Source of the DNA: Patescibacteria group bacterium
GTDB lineage: Bacteria > Patescibacteriota > Microgenomatia > UBA10105 > UBA927
Assembly (NCBI GenBank): GCA_038062895.1
Contig: JBBTWJ010000005.1
Coordinates: 3,715-67,714 of the forward strand
Direction of reading: 5' to 3'
Length of the DNA stretch: 64,000 nucleotides
Made by a program: the position numbers and the translations under genes. The notes below the pieces were generated by a model. That model had not been told where the DNA came from and ran no database searches. It worked only from the letters and a program-made list of their open reading frames with translations. Positions 17,833-27,949 of the stretch are shown piece after piece; positions within the stretch are counted from its first letter, which is position 1; each line of letters starts with the position of its first letter.

Positions 17833-18678
17833 ATGAATTGGTTCTTTCTCACGATTATCAGCGCCGTGGCCTACGCAGCTGCCGAAATCATCGGCAAATA
17901 CATATCCGATAAAAAGTCAGAACCTGTCTTCATAGGCATCATTGCGGCCGGATTTACAGCAGCCGTCTCACTGTTGTTTGCCGTATGGGAATCCCCTGCC
18001 ATCCCCACCAACATCTGGGCCATTACCGGTCTTGTGTCCTCCGGTGCCCTCGTCGCCGTGGGCGTCATGACGTATTACGAGGGACTCAAACATTCCGACG
18101 TATCAGAGTTTAGCCTTTTCAGCCGAAGCCGGATGCTCATCATCGTCATCGGCGGACTGGTGTTTTTCCAAGAACGCTTCACGTTTCTTCAGGCGGCCGG
18201 CGGGCTCCTTGTTCTCTGTGGTGTATTTTTTCTTTCCTGGGAAGGAAAAGGTATCCATTTTGGAAAAGGGGCAAAATTTGCATTGGCAACCGCCGTATTA
18301 TTCGGACTCGGTGCCCTCATTGATAAAGCGGTCATCCCTTACTTTACCGCCATGATGTATACGTTTCTGATCTATCTTTTCACGGTGCTATTCATGATTC
18401 CGCTTGTTCTTGTGCGACTGAAAAAAGGCGCGCCACTACCAAAGCGTTCTACGGTTGGAATTCTAAGCATCGTGGGAATACTGTATGGCGCATCCGCCTA
18501 CTGCATCTATGCGGCGTACCTTCAGAGCGGACCAGCGTCGCTTGTCACGCTCGTCAGTCAATTGGAAATACCTATCGCCGTCCTCTGGGGAATCTTTGTC
18601 ATGAAAGAACAAAAAAAGATATTTCCAAAGCTCATGAGCATGGCCCTCCTCATCCTGGGCATTGTGTTATTGAAGTGA
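17833..18678 (+). CDS. EamA/DMT family transporter
   Basis: Two EamA repeats, about 10 TM helices. Confidence 0.85.
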   Translation: MNWFFLTIISAVAYAAAEIIGKYISDKKSEPVFIGIIAAGFTAAVSLLFAVWESPAIPTNIWAITGLVSSGALVAVGVMTYYEGLKHSDVSEFSLFSRSRMLIIVIGGLVFFQERFTFLQAAGGLLVLCGVFFLSWEGKGIHFGKGAKFALATAVLFGLGALIDKAVIPYFTAMMYTFLIYLFTVLFMIPLVLVRLKKGAPLPKRSTVGILSIVGILYGASAYCIYAAYLQSGPASLVTLVSQLEIPIAVLWGIFVMKEQKKIFPKLMSMALLILGIVLLK

Positions 18679-19713
18679 TGATTCATCCTTCAATATATAG
18701 TATGTAGCTTTCCCTTTGCCTTTCCTTTTAATATATCCGAGGGAAAGCAGTCTCTTGAAATCTTTAGTTCTCGTCGCTTTGGCTCGGGTGACGAGCGCGG
18801 CATATCTTTTATCCGTGATAAAACCTTGTTCTTTCATGTGCTTTAGAAGTTTCCGGTCATGCTCTTGTAATTCTGTCCGTGGATCAATCCCTGCTTCCGC
18901 TAACAGCTTTTGAACACGGAGAAGTTCATCAATAATTCCCTCGGTAAAGTATTCTAGCCACACGGTGAAATCAATCTTGTTTTTTAACTCATAATAGTCT
19001 CCATACTCTCCCACAGTTTGGAAATATCGAGAGACGTTCTGATTATAATAATTTTCAAAACTAAATAGATTAAAGGTGTTCAGGCCCATTTGCGCTAACA
19101 ATATTTTTGTTGCTAACCGTGTTGTCCGTCCATTACCATCCATAAATGGATGAATGATGACCATCTGTTTATGAAAAATTCCAGCTATAATTAACGGATC
19201 TATATGACCTTTATTTTGATGGATATATTGGACCAACTCTAACATCAACGGTTTCACATCTTGAACATCGGGAGGTAAAAATGCCACTTGATGCGTTTTG
19301 GGGTTGTTGACGACTACTGGTTTCTGCCGAAGGCTACCGGATTCAAACGCCGGCAGTAATCCGCTTGTGACTTGTTTTTGTATATGCAAAATGTACTCAA
19401 AAGACAGCAATGAAAATTGTTTACCCTGCTGCTTCTGTAATGTAATCAATGCTTGATTATAGTTTAAAACTTCCCGTTCGCTATCCCTGATGTGTTCTGG
19501 CTTGGACTTAAGAATCTTTTTCACTTCCGTCAAAGGCAACGGATTGCCCTCGATACTGGTTGAGGCATGCGTCGATAAACTTCGTGCCGACTTTTCAAGA
19601 GCTATCAATACCACAGAGGAGAATCGGCGATTATTGAGCTCTCCAATCAGCGTATTAATCCGTTTAATGTTTGCAAGCAGCTGATTGGTGATAGTGTAAC
19701 GGGGTTGAAACAT
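18667..19713 (-). CDS. Fic family protein with C-terminal wHTH
   Basis: STSIEGN inhibitory motif, HPFMDGNGRTTR. Confidence 0.93.
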   Translation of the reverse strand: MFQPRYTITNQLLANIKRINTLIGELNNRRFSSVVLIALEKSARSLSTHASTSIEGNPLPLTEVKKILKSKPEHIRDSEREVLNYNQALITLQKQQGKQFSLLSFEYILHIQKQVTSGLLPAFESGSLRQKPVVVNNPKTHQVAFLPPDVQDVKPLMLELVQYIHQNKGHIDPLIIAGIFHKQMVIIHPFMDGNGRTTRLATKILLAQMGLNTFNLFSFENYYNQNVSRYFQTVGEYGDYYELKNKIDFTVWLEYFTEGIIDELLRVQKLLAEAGIDPRTELQEHDRKLLKHMKEQGFITDKRYAALVTRAKATRTKDFKRLLSLGYIKRKGKGKATYYILKDESSLQ

Positions 19714-19715
19714 AG

Positions 19716-19744
19716 TAGTCGAATTATAGTCGAATTATAGTCGA
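19716..19744 (-). promoter_or_regulatory. 11-bp tandem repeat overlapping fic promoter
   Basis: TAGTCGAATTA x2.6; minus strand TTGCCA-N17-TATAAT. Confidence 0.65.
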
Positions 19745-19779
19745 TTGGCAAGAGTATATAAACTTGATATGATCAAGGT

Positions 19780-20535
19780 ATGACCAAACAAAATATCGCC
19801 CTTATCACGGGATCTTCAAGCGGCATCGGCGCAGGAATTGCCAAGGTGTTAGCTCGCCACGAATATCTGGTGATAATTACGTATAAGGATCATAAAAAAT
19901 GGGGCGAAGATGTCGTTGCTGCCATCAAAAAAGAGAACGGCAAAGCAGTCCTCCGCGAGCTCGATGTCACGGATGAAGAAAGTGTGAAGGCGTGTTTTGA
20001 TTTCGTCATGAAAGAATACGGCTACCTCAATGTCCTCGTCAATAATGCCGCTGTCGATGGCATAGCTCCCATAGAAACCTGTACGTTTGATAGGTGGAAA
20101 AACATTACGAGAACAAAAATCGATGGAAATTTCCTTTGTACCAAATACGCGCTCCCGCTTCTGAAAATCCCCGGCAAGGCTGACCTGATCGTCATCATGT
20201 CCAGCATGGGCGAGAGACCGGATTCTGATGATGTCCCTTACTGTGTAGGAACAGCGGGGACGATCGCCTTCGTCAAAGCTATGGCAAAGGGTCTGGCAAA
20301 ATACGGCATCAGAACAAACGGCATTGGTCCGGGAGAAACAAAAACACATAACGGATACTGGGCTGAGGCAGGCCTTATGACCGATGACGCGTGGGATAAA
20401 TTCGCAAAAGGCAATCCTCTCGGAAGAGTCACAACGCCTGAAGACGTCGGTGAGACAGCCCTTGCCATCATTGAAAACAAAACAGCTTTCTGGAACGGAA
20501 ACTTCATCTACGTCAACGGCGGTGGCCACCTGTAA
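19780..20535 (+). CDS. SDR family oxidoreductase
   Basis: TGSSSGIG, LVNNAA, NPLGRVTTPEDV. Confidence 0.9.
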   Translation: MTKQNIALITGSSSGIGAGIAKVLARHEYLVIITYKDHKKWGEDVVAAIKKENGKAVLRELDVTDEESVKACFDFVMKEYGYLNVLVNNAAVDGIAPIETCTFDRWKNITRTKIDGNFLCTKYALPLLKIPGKADLIVIMSSMGERPDSDDVPYCVGTAGTIAFVKAMAKGLAKYGIRTNGIGPGETKTHNGYWAEAGLMTDDAWDKFAKGNPLGRVTTPEDVGETALAIIENKTAFWNGNFIYVNGGGHL

Positions 20536-20609
20536 TTCCTCCGCCCTACTAACCATGTGTGCAATCCTTGCCAGTTTCTAAAAACCCTCTCACACTATCA
20601 ACGGAACAA

Positions 20610-21350
20610 TCAAATAAATAACCACGCGGTAAAAATCGAAATAGTGAGGAACGAAAGCTGGGTGATGACGCGGGCTGACTGACTCCCAAAAAGCTCGCTT
20701 AAACGAACAACGAGAACAAATAGAAAAAAAACGGCAGCAAGAATCGAAATTGGTGGAAGCCATAATGCTCCCACCGCCCCCCCAGCTCCCCGTTTCATAA
20801 ACCACTCAGCCATTCCTTGATTTTTAAGAACGATAAAATGAACGGCAATCGCAATAAACGCCAGGCGCGCGCCCCAGTACTGGAGCTTCCACCAAACTCT
20901 CGTCCCGATTGCCCGCTCCACGGCTGCGCCGGAGAGCAGAAGAAGGATAAACATGATCACTAAACCTGCAAGTCCCGAGTATGCCGAGACTGGTTGAGCA
21001 GTATAAAATCCCCACGGACCGCGGCGGGCAAGCGGAAACATGGAAAGGTACACGTGGGCCACTCCGGTAAAAAATGTAAGGACTCCCAGTTCTTTGCGGT
21101 ATTTGAGAGCGTGATCAAACAGAGTAAAGAGTCGGGAAAGAGGTCCAAGCAGTAAAACAATCCCAAGGAGAAACAACGTACTCGTTGCTAGACTTTTGTT
21201 CAGCGTTGATAACCCTTCCACTCCATAGCGCACCGCGGCGTACCGGTATACCAGCCAAACCGTGATCGCAGTGACAACTAGCGCTACTGCGTATTGTCGA
21301 ATGTTTTCCCCATTTGCCGATACCATCGGTTTCACCCGTTTCTTTGCCAT
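20610..21350 (-). CDS. Ferric reductase-like TM protein (MsrQ/YedZ-like)
   Basis: YRKELGV..AH, WWKLQ..VH. Confidence 0.75.
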   Translation of the reverse strand: MAKKRVKPMVSANGENIRQYAVALVVTAITVWLVYRYAAVRYGVEGLSTLNKSLATSTLFLLGIVLLLGPLSRLFTLFDHALKYRKELGVLTFFTGVAHVYLSMFPLARRGPWGFYTAQPVSAYSGLAGLVIMFILLLLSGAAVERAIGTRVWWKLQYWGARLAFIAIAVHFIVLKNQGMAEWFMKRGAGGAVGALWLPPISILAAVFFLFVLVVRLSELFGSQSARVITQLSFLTISIFTAWLFI

Positions 21351-21407
21351 ACCGTATTTAGTATAAGCCCACAGAGAGAAACTGCAAGAAGCTGATATAA
21401 TAAACTT

Positions 21408-21890
21408 ATGAACATCGAGTGGTGTACGTTCTTAGGTAAAAAAGGAAAACGCGGCGTGATCACGCTTAAGCCGCTTGGGGTTGCAAGAAACGACGTGAAG
21501 AAACCCTCGCTTTCCGGATGGAGCGATCTCGTCACTGATATCGTCATCAGCAAAAAATACGAACGGGGACTTGATGGCATGGAGGACTATTCCCACATCA
21601 TCGTCCTTTACTGGTTGGATCAGGAAAAAGAGTGCCACCTCAAGCACCACCCGCAAGGAAGAGCGGATATCCCCTACATCGGCATATTTGCCTGCCGCTG
21701 CCCCCAGCGGCCAAATCCCATCGGTATGTCCACAGTGCCATTGATTTCCCGTAAAGGAAATGTTTTGAAAGTGAAGGGTCTGGATATTCTGGACGGGACG
21801 CCCATTTTAGACGTCAAACCCTATTGGCCGGTGTATGATAAGGTAGAAAAAACCGTCATCCCTCCGTGGGTTAATAAGCTCGTTTTTTGA
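21408..21890 (+). CDS. tsaA: tRNA m6t6A37 methyltransferase TrmO/TsaA
   Basis: GIFACRCPQRPNPIG, GLDILDGTPILDVKPY. Confidence 0.88.
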   Translation: MNIEWCTFLGKKGKRGVITLKPLGVARNDVKKPSLSGWSDLVTDIVISKKYERGLDGMEDYSHIIVLYWLDQEKECHLKHHPQGRADIPYIGIFACRCPQRPNPIGMSTVPLISRKGNVLKVKGLDILDGTPILDVKPYWPVYDKVEKTVIPPWVNKLVF

Positions 21891-21891
21891 G

Positions 21892-22986
21892 CTATTCGAG
21901 GTAATCGCGCAATTTTTTACTTCTACTTGGGTGCCTTAATTTCCGGAGTGCCTTGGCTTCTATCTGCCGGATGCGCTCACGGGTGACGCCAAACTGCGCG
22001 CCCACTTCCTCAAGCGTCCGGGGCCGACCGTCTTCAAGTCCAAATCGTAAAATGAGCACTTTCTTCTCGCGGTCGGAAAGCGTCGCTAATACTTCTTCCA
22101 TGTGCTCTTTGAGGAGTTGCCGGCTGGTCTGATCATAGGGCGTGGGACCCGGATCGGAAATGAAGTCGCCTAAGTGGCTGTCTTCCTCATCGCCTACCGG
22201 CGTCTCAAGACTGGTCGGCTCCTGGGAAACTTTTTGAATCTCGCGCACTTTGGAGACGTCTATCTCCATGACCTTGGCTACCTCCTCGGGGGTCGGCTCC
22301 CGCCCCAATTCCTGCATGAGGCGGCGGCTCGCGCGGACAAAACGATTGATCGTCTCCACCATATGGACGGGAATGCGAATCGTGCGGGCCTGATCGGCAA
22401 TCGCCCGCGTAATCGCCTGACGGATCCACCAGGTGGCGTAAGTCGAAAACTTAAATCCTTTACGCCAGTCGTACTTTTCTACTGCACGAATCAGTCCCTG
22501 GTTTCCCTCCTGGATAAGGTCAAGGAGGCTCATGCCCCGACCGATATATTTTTTGGCGATGGAAACGACCAACCGAAGATTACTTTCCGTGAGCTTTTTC
22601 TTGGCGCGTTTGTCACCTTTTTCGTAGCGTTTGGCGAGGCTCATCTCGTCCTCAAACTTGAGAAGCGGCACCCGGCCGATTTCCTTAAGATACATACGGA
22701 CCGGATCAGACACGCCCTCATCCCCCGCGCGGGCAAGTGCTTCAATTTCTTTTTCCAGGTCAGCGATACTTTTACTGGCTTCCTTTTCTATATCCTGGCT
22801 CGTCGTCTCAAACACATCCACCCCGGCCCTGATGAGCTGGTCGTAAAGGTGATCAAGTTCCGGTATATGGTCTTCGGGTTTGGGAAAAAGAGTGAGGATA
22901 TCATCCTGTGTCACGAAGCCGTTGTCTTTGCCTTCCTTCAGAAGGTCGCTTATCGATGCCACGGAAGAGTGAGGTTTGGTAGCCAT
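21892..22986 (-). CDS. rpoD: RNA polymerase sigma factor RpoD (alternative start 23016)
   Basis: [45 protein letters not shown]. Confidence 0.98.
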   Translation of the reverse strand: MATKPHSSVASISDLLKEGKDNGFVTQDDILTLFPKPEDHIPELDHLYDQLIRAGVDVFETTSQDIEKEASKSIADLEKEIEALARAGDEGVSDPVRMYLKEIGRVPLLKFEDEMSLAKRYEKGDKRAKKKLTESNLRLVVSIAKKYIGRGMSLLDLIQEGNQGLIRAVEKYDWRKGFKFSTYATWWIRQAITRAIADQARTIRIPVHMVETINRFVRASRRLMQELGREPTPEEVAKVMEIDVSKVREIQKVSQEPTSLETPVGDEEDSHLGDFISDPGPTPYDQTSRQLLKEHMEEVLATLSDREKKVLILRFGLEDGRPRTLEEVGAQFGVTRERIRQIEAKALRKLRHPSRSKKLRDYLE

Positions 22987-23080
22987 TGTGTTCGAACGTT
23001 CCCGCCTCTTGTTCATCTCAATAAAGAAAAACGGAGACAGTAGTAAACGTCGCGTACTTCAAGGATCAAGTATAACAGGT

Positions 23081-24862
23081 TTAGCGTGGCTTTTCCAGAG
23101 TGTTAAGAGATTCCGTCAGACTCCGAAGCTCTTCCTGCAGAGCACTCTCCCGATCAGAGGGCGTATCCCCAACCAGTTCACGCGAAATTTCCGTCATCCG
23201 GCGCCGAAGGTTGGCGCGTTTAAGGGCAAACAAGGCCTTGGTCCAATCTTTACTCAAGCGTTCTGCGTCGTCCAAAAGATCCCCTATGTCCCACAAAAAT
23301 GCTTCATCAAGTGTCGCTACGAGCTCCTGGGGCAACTGGTCGGCAAAATCTTTGATAAGAAAAATCGTGTGATCGTTAAGATAATGGTCTAATTGTTCAA
23401 TGATCTGCCGGACTGATGAGATCGTGAGGTCTGAAGGATGCAACATCCCGTTAAACTCTTCATAAAGCTCTGTCGTTTTTCCCTGCAAAAGAATCGCTAA
23501 TATGTAGAGCTCTAAATTCTCCTCCAGGCCACGGCCTTTTTTCGTCGCTTGATTTCCACGTTCCTCCTCTTTGCGGCCCGTTACTTGTTGACGCGCTTGC
23601 CTCCGCATCCCATCGTTGATAGCATCCTCCGAAACCTCCAACACACCGCTTAGTTTTTTGATGTAATGCCCCTGCACGATAGGGTTTTCGATTTTGGCAA
23701 TGATGGGCAGAAGCTCATCGCTAATTTTTCGTTTACTGAAGGAATCGTTCGTATCGTACCGTTTGAGGGCCGACGCGATGAAGTAATCATATATAGGTTC
23801 TGCCGCTTTGAGTGCTTTTTTAAAAAGTGCGGGATTCTCCCGCGCCGCGTCATCGGGATCTTTGCCGGTGGGCATCGAAGCGACCCGCAAATCCAGTCCC
23901 GCCCGATCGGCTATCTCAATCCCCCGCCGGGCCGCAGCGTCTCCTGCCAGATCGCTATCGAGTGCCAACACGAGCCGGTCGGCAAAACGCCGGAGGAGGT
24001 TGACGTGTCCCTCGGTAAGAGCCGATCCTTTTATCGCCACCACGTTTCCCACTCCGGCTTGAAACGAGGAAATCACGTCAAACTCTCCTTCCATGACAAT
24101 GGCCTCGCTTTCTTTTTGGATAGCCGATTTGGTGACATCTAGTCCATAGAGCACATTGCTCTTGCTATACACGAGCGTTTCAGACGTGTTGATATATTTG
24201 GCTTCCTTAGCCTCCGGATCCAAAAGCCGACCGGAAAATCCGACGACGTTGCCGCGGTGATCCTTGAGCGTAAACATGATCCGACCACGGAACCGGTCAT
24301 ACCCACCGCGATTGGAGGGGATCATGAGCCCCGCCTGATCGAGGACTGATTCATCATATCCTTTCTTTTTGAGGTATTTCAGGAGTCCATCCCAACTGTT
24401 GGGACTGTAGCCCAGACCAAATGTTTTGATGGTTTTGTCCGTCACTCCACGGGTTTTGAGGTAATCGCGGGCTTTCTGACCTATCGTGTGTTTTGTGAGA
24501 AGAAATTGATAATACTCGCTTGCCAGATGGTTGGCAGCATATATTTTTTCCTTGAGTTTGGCCTCCGGCGTATCCCCCATCCGGCGTTCCAGTTTGACCC
24601 CTGCTTTCTCCGCTAAGCTCTCCAGAGCTTCCACAAAGTCGACGCGCTCGTACTCCATCACAAAATCGATGACACTTCCGCCCTTCCCGCAGCCGAAACA
24701 CTTCCATGAGGCGCGCTCCGGAGACACGATAAATGATGGTGTTTTTTCACTATGAAACGGGCACAGCGCCTTCCAATGCCGGCCAGCTTTTTTAAGATTC
24801 ACGCGGCCGCCGATCACATCAATAATATTCGTCCTGGTTTTGACTTCATCTATGTCACTCAT
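23081..24862 (-). CDS. dnaG: DNA primase
   Basis: CPFHSEKTPSF Zn finger, KYINTSET, EGEFDV, DSDLAG. Confidence 0.98.
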   Translation of the reverse strand: MSDIDEVKTRTNIIDVIGGRVNLKKAGRHWKALCPFHSEKTPSFIVSPERASWKCFGCGKGGSVIDFVMEYERVDFVEALESLAEKAGVKLERRMGDTPEAKLKEKIYAANHLASEYYQFLLTKHTIGQKARDYLKTRGVTDKTIKTFGLGYSPNSWDGLLKYLKKKGYDESVLDQAGLMIPSNRGGYDRFRGRIMFTLKDHRGNVVGFSGRLLDPEAKEAKYINTSETLVYSKSNVLYGLDVTKSAIQKESEAIVMEGEFDVISSFQAGVGNVVAIKGSALTEGHVNLLRRFADRLVLALDSDLAGDAAARRGIEIADRAGLDLRVASMPTGKDPDDAARENPALFKKALKAAEPIYDYFIASALKRYDTNDSFSKRKISDELLPIIAKIENPIVQGHYIKKLSGVLEVSEDAINDGMRRQARQQVTGRKEEERGNQATKKGRGLEENLELYILAILLQGKTTELYEEFNGMLHPSDLTISSVRQIIEQLDHYLNDHTIFLIKDFADQLPQELVATLDEAFLWDIGDLLDDAERLSKDWTKALFALKRANLRRRMTEISRELVGDTPSDRESALQEELRSLTESLNTLEKPR

Positions 24863-24909
24863 GGTAAATCGGACTATAACACGAAGGGGTTGAGAGGTCT
24901 AACAACGGA

Positions 24910-26088
24910 CTATGATATCGCTTTTTGATTCCCAACAAGCACGATAGAAAGCGGCAATACGGTAATCAAGGTAAGCACGCCAAGAATCGTATAGATCATC
25001 CGCACGCCGTAGGAGGCGATGATAGGGCCAGACAGAGAAGTAATCACGACGTAAACAACTCCCACGATCATGGAGAGGGCGGATATGGCCGTCGCCCGGT
25101 ATTTGCTATCAAATTGCTCATTGGTATAGCGCGTTAGGACAATCCAACGCCCAGTACCCACCATAACCGCACCCGCAATAAACGGCACGGCCCACCATCC
25201 TTGGAAAAGAATTCCGGGCAAAAAACAAAGGAGCATCATAGCCGGAAAAAAGTATATCAATCGCTTCCGCGTAAAAATGTGATTGTTTTTCAAAAAAGCC
25301 GTCAGCACAAAGACATTAAACAACCGGATGCCGCCAATCAGGTATCCGCGCATCGCGTCGGCAAACCCGAGCTCCACGAGGATAAAATCGAAAAAATAAA
25401 GATTATTCGTCCAGGTAATGCCGGCGACAGCAATATAAAAAAGTGACATGAATGCAGCACTTTTTGACTTAAATGCTTCGAGTAACCCACGCTTCATCTG
25501 AAAAAAATAACTCCTGATGGTAAACCTCGCGGAGTCAATCGCCGGTTCGATAAAAAACAGTGCGATGATCCCACCCACGACACTCGTCGCCGCCCATCCC
25601 ACGTACGGTAGTCCTTGCCAAATTCCGTACAACACCCCGCCGGAGGCGACGGCTACGACAAGGCCGATCTGATACCAGAAACTGTTGCGGGCAGTCACCT
25701 TACTATACGTTTGCTCCAACCCATCCTGTTTATGCGAATCATATACAAGCGCCTCAAGCGCCCCGGAAACAAGTGCATCGCCTAAGCCCCAAATGATGAC
25801 AGCGATAAGCATCTCGGCAAATCCATGACTCGTAAGGAGTAAAATTGCCGCCAGAGCCCACGCGATATGGCCAGCGACGACCGACCATTTCCGGCCAAAA
25901 ATATCCGCAAGCGCGCCTGTGGGAAGTTCGAGAATAAGCTGAGACGCATACTGAACGGCAACAAGAAGAGATATCTGCACGGTCGTAATGCGCTGTTGAT
26001 AAAAAACGATCCAGATGGGGATAGTGAATATGAGGGCGCTGAAGAACTGGGATACAATAAATATGGTGTCGTTGCGTTTGGAGATCAT
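24910..26088 (-). CDS. MFS transporter
   Basis: ELPTGALADIFGRK, SGALEALVYDS, YRATAIS. Confidence 0.9.
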   Translation of the reverse strand: MISKRNDTIFIVSQFFSALIFTIPIWIVFYQQRITTVQISLLVAVQYASQLILELPTGALADIFGRKWSVVAGHIAWALAAILLLTSHGFAEMLIAVIIWGLGDALVSGALEALVYDSHKQDGLEQTYSKVTARNSFWYQIGLVVAVASGGVLYGIWQGLPYVGWAATSVVGGIIALFFIEPAIDSARFTIRSYFFQMKRGLLEAFKSKSAAFMSLFYIAVAGITWTNNLYFFDFILVELGFADAMRGYLIGGIRLFNVFVLTAFLKNNHIFTRKRLIYFFPAMMLLCFLPGILFQGWWAVPFIAGAVMVGTGRWIVLTRYTNEQFDSKYRATAISALSMIVGVVYVVITSLSGPIIASYGVRMIYTILGVLTLITVLPLSIVLVGNQKAIS

Positions 26089-26093
26089 ATGCG

Positions 26094-26387
26094 TCACCCT
26101 ATCGTGACTCCCACGAAGTCGATCTTGGGGAAAACTTTTTTGACCTCTGCCCAAAACTTCTCGGAGAGCTTTGCCGAAAACTGACCAAACTTACCGGTCG
26201 CCATATTGGCACAAAGCCGTCGTTCGTACTCGCGGATTACTTCAACAACCTCCGCGCCGTACTGATTAAATAACTTCTGCCACTGGGTGGGGTTCATGGC
26301 ATACTCCCTATGGATATCCGCGAAGTTATCAAAGAGCTCTTTGTGCTCTTCCATCATTTTCGCCATCATTTTTTGATACTCACTCAT
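26094..26387 (-). CDS. Small hypothetical protein
   Basis: Start set at MSEYQK; EKFWAEVKKVFPKIDFVG. Confidence 0.7.
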   Translation of the reverse strand: MSEYQKMMAKMMEEHKELFDNFADIHREYAMNPTQWQKLFNQYGAEVVEVIREYERRLCANMATGKFGQFSAKLSEKFWAEVKKVFPKIDFVGVTIG

Positions 26388-26530
26388 ACCAGGTAGTAAA
26401 ATTTCGCTGTTCCTTGCGGAACAAAAACTCATCCTCGATGAACGTATAATCTCCCCATATACCAGATAATTCAATTTCACGATGTGTCATCACGTCGTGC
26501 GAAATTTCACTACCTGGCATAATTTTTCAC

Positions 26531-27394
26531 TCATGAAAACAATAATAATGCGATCCCTACGGTCATGCCGCCAACAGCAGCGAACTTTTTCCATGACAGA
26601 TGATCTCCAAAGAGGAGGGCAACGAGCACCGTATACACGGCGTTGGATGCGGCGTTGATGGTGCCCACGTATCCCAAGTTGGGGGCGGCGATTTCCGCGG
26701 ATAATTTGAAAAAATAGAATCCGGAAACCGATATGCCCAAAAGACCAAGCAGCCCCAATATTTTTGCGTCCATCTTCTGTCTTTTTGTCTGCACTCGCAC
26801 AATATCCACACCCGTCAGGCCAAGGGTGGCGATACAAACCCAAAAAAGCTGCGGAATGGTTCCGATCCCCTGTTGAGCGAAATATTTTCCAGAAAGAGAG
26901 GTCGTCCCAAAACACACCATGGCAACGACTGCGTAGATGACCCATTCATAATTGATTCTATTCATCTTCTTTCCCCGCTGATACGCAACCAGTGCCGCGC
27001 AGACAAGGATGAGACCCGAAAGAGTAAATTTATACCAAGATATTTCGGACCCATAGAGAATGACTGCGGCAAACAAGGTATAGACGGCATAACTTTTTTG
27101 GATGATCAAGCTGTAGCCGGCGTTGGGTGCGCCTTCCATCGATTTGTATCCGGCAATTGTTCCAATGTAATTGAGGACCGCCCGGAAGACAATAAACGAA
27201 ACAAGCAAAACGACCGGATACATCAGGGGCAATTTGTTGATAACGGCAAGAACAAAAAATACGACGGTGGGAAATGCATAGTTTGCGATGGTGTAGATCC
27301 GTTTATCGACCCCAAGCATCTGCAACTTTTTTACCGAAAGGTAAAAAATGATAGAGCATACAAACATGAGAAGGCTTGAAATGATCCAAGACAT
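26531..27394 (-). CDS. EamA/DMT family transporter
   Basis: Duplicated APNxGY motif, about 10 TM. Confidence 0.8.
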   Translation of the reverse strand: MSWIISSLLMFVCSIIFYLSVKKLQMLGVDKRIYTIANYAFPTVVFFVLAVINKLPLMYPVVLLVSFIVFRAVLNYIGTIAGYKSMEGAPNAGYSLIIQKSYAVYTLFAAVILYGSEISWYKFTLSGLILVCAALVAYQRGKKMNRINYEWVIYAVVAMVCFGTTSLSGKYFAQQGIGTIPQLFWVCIATLGLTGVDIVRVQTKRQKMDAKILGLLGLLGISVSGFYFFKLSAEIAAPNLGYVGTINAASNAVYTVLVALLFGDHLSWKKFAAVGGMTVGIALLLFS

Positions 27395-27398
27395 AGTC

Positions 27399-27650
27399 CT
27401 AATTATATACAACAGACCGGTGTCCCGCAGTGATAACAGTTATGATCCCATCTGTTTTATCTACCGTATAAATAATTCTATACACCCCAACGCGCAAGGA
27501 AAATCTACCGGTTAACTCACGAGTAAGCGGTTTGCCGATAAACGGGTCTTCTGAAATTTCTCCTAATGCTTCCAATACGGCTTTCTGGTGGTCAATCTTC
27601 AATCTTTTTAACCCTTTTCCTGCTTTAGGTGAAATGCGAAGTTTATACAT
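27399..27650 (-). CDS. RelE/ParE family toxin
   Basis: DPFIGKPL..SLRVGVYRIIY..GHRSVVY. Confidence 0.92.
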   Translation of the reverse strand: MYKLRISPKAGKGLKRLKIDHQKAVLEALGEISEDPFIGKPLTRELTGRFSLRVGVYRIIYTVDKTDGIITVITAGHRSVVYN

Positions 27651-27918
27651 GAAGCTTCAGATCCTTTTTCAGCTGTGGAAAGGTGATATATCTGCCTTTT
27701 TTAATATCTTCTTCTCCTTCTCTAATGGCCTTCATGAGCTTTGGGTCACTTAAAATTTCTAACGTTTCTTTCCATGATTCAAATTCAGCAACAGACATAA
27801 GCACTGCCGCGGGGTACCCGTTGACGGTAATAATATACTCATCGAGACGCAACCTCGCGTTATCCACAAGCGTGGTTAATTCTTCTCGTACTTTTGTGAT
27901 AGGAAGTGTTTGGATCAT
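27643..27918 (-). CDS. Phd/YefM family antitoxin
   Basis: ITVNGYPAAVLMS..ETLEILSD; overlaps toxin start. Confidence 0.92.
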   Translation of the reverse strand: MIQTLPITKVREELTTLVDNARLRLDEYIITVNGYPAAVLMSVAEFESWKETLEILSDPKLMKAIREGEEDIKKGRYITFPQLKKDLKLHV

Positions 27919-27949
27919 ATCATGATATTACATAATTCTGTACAGAGTG

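Noticed and set aside
22174-23043. 289-aa plus-strand ORF
   Set aside because: Antisense shadow of rpoD with no recognisable motifs.
27399-27918. Toxin-antitoxin pair as a novel defence system
   Set aside because: Standard Phd/YefM-RelE type II module.
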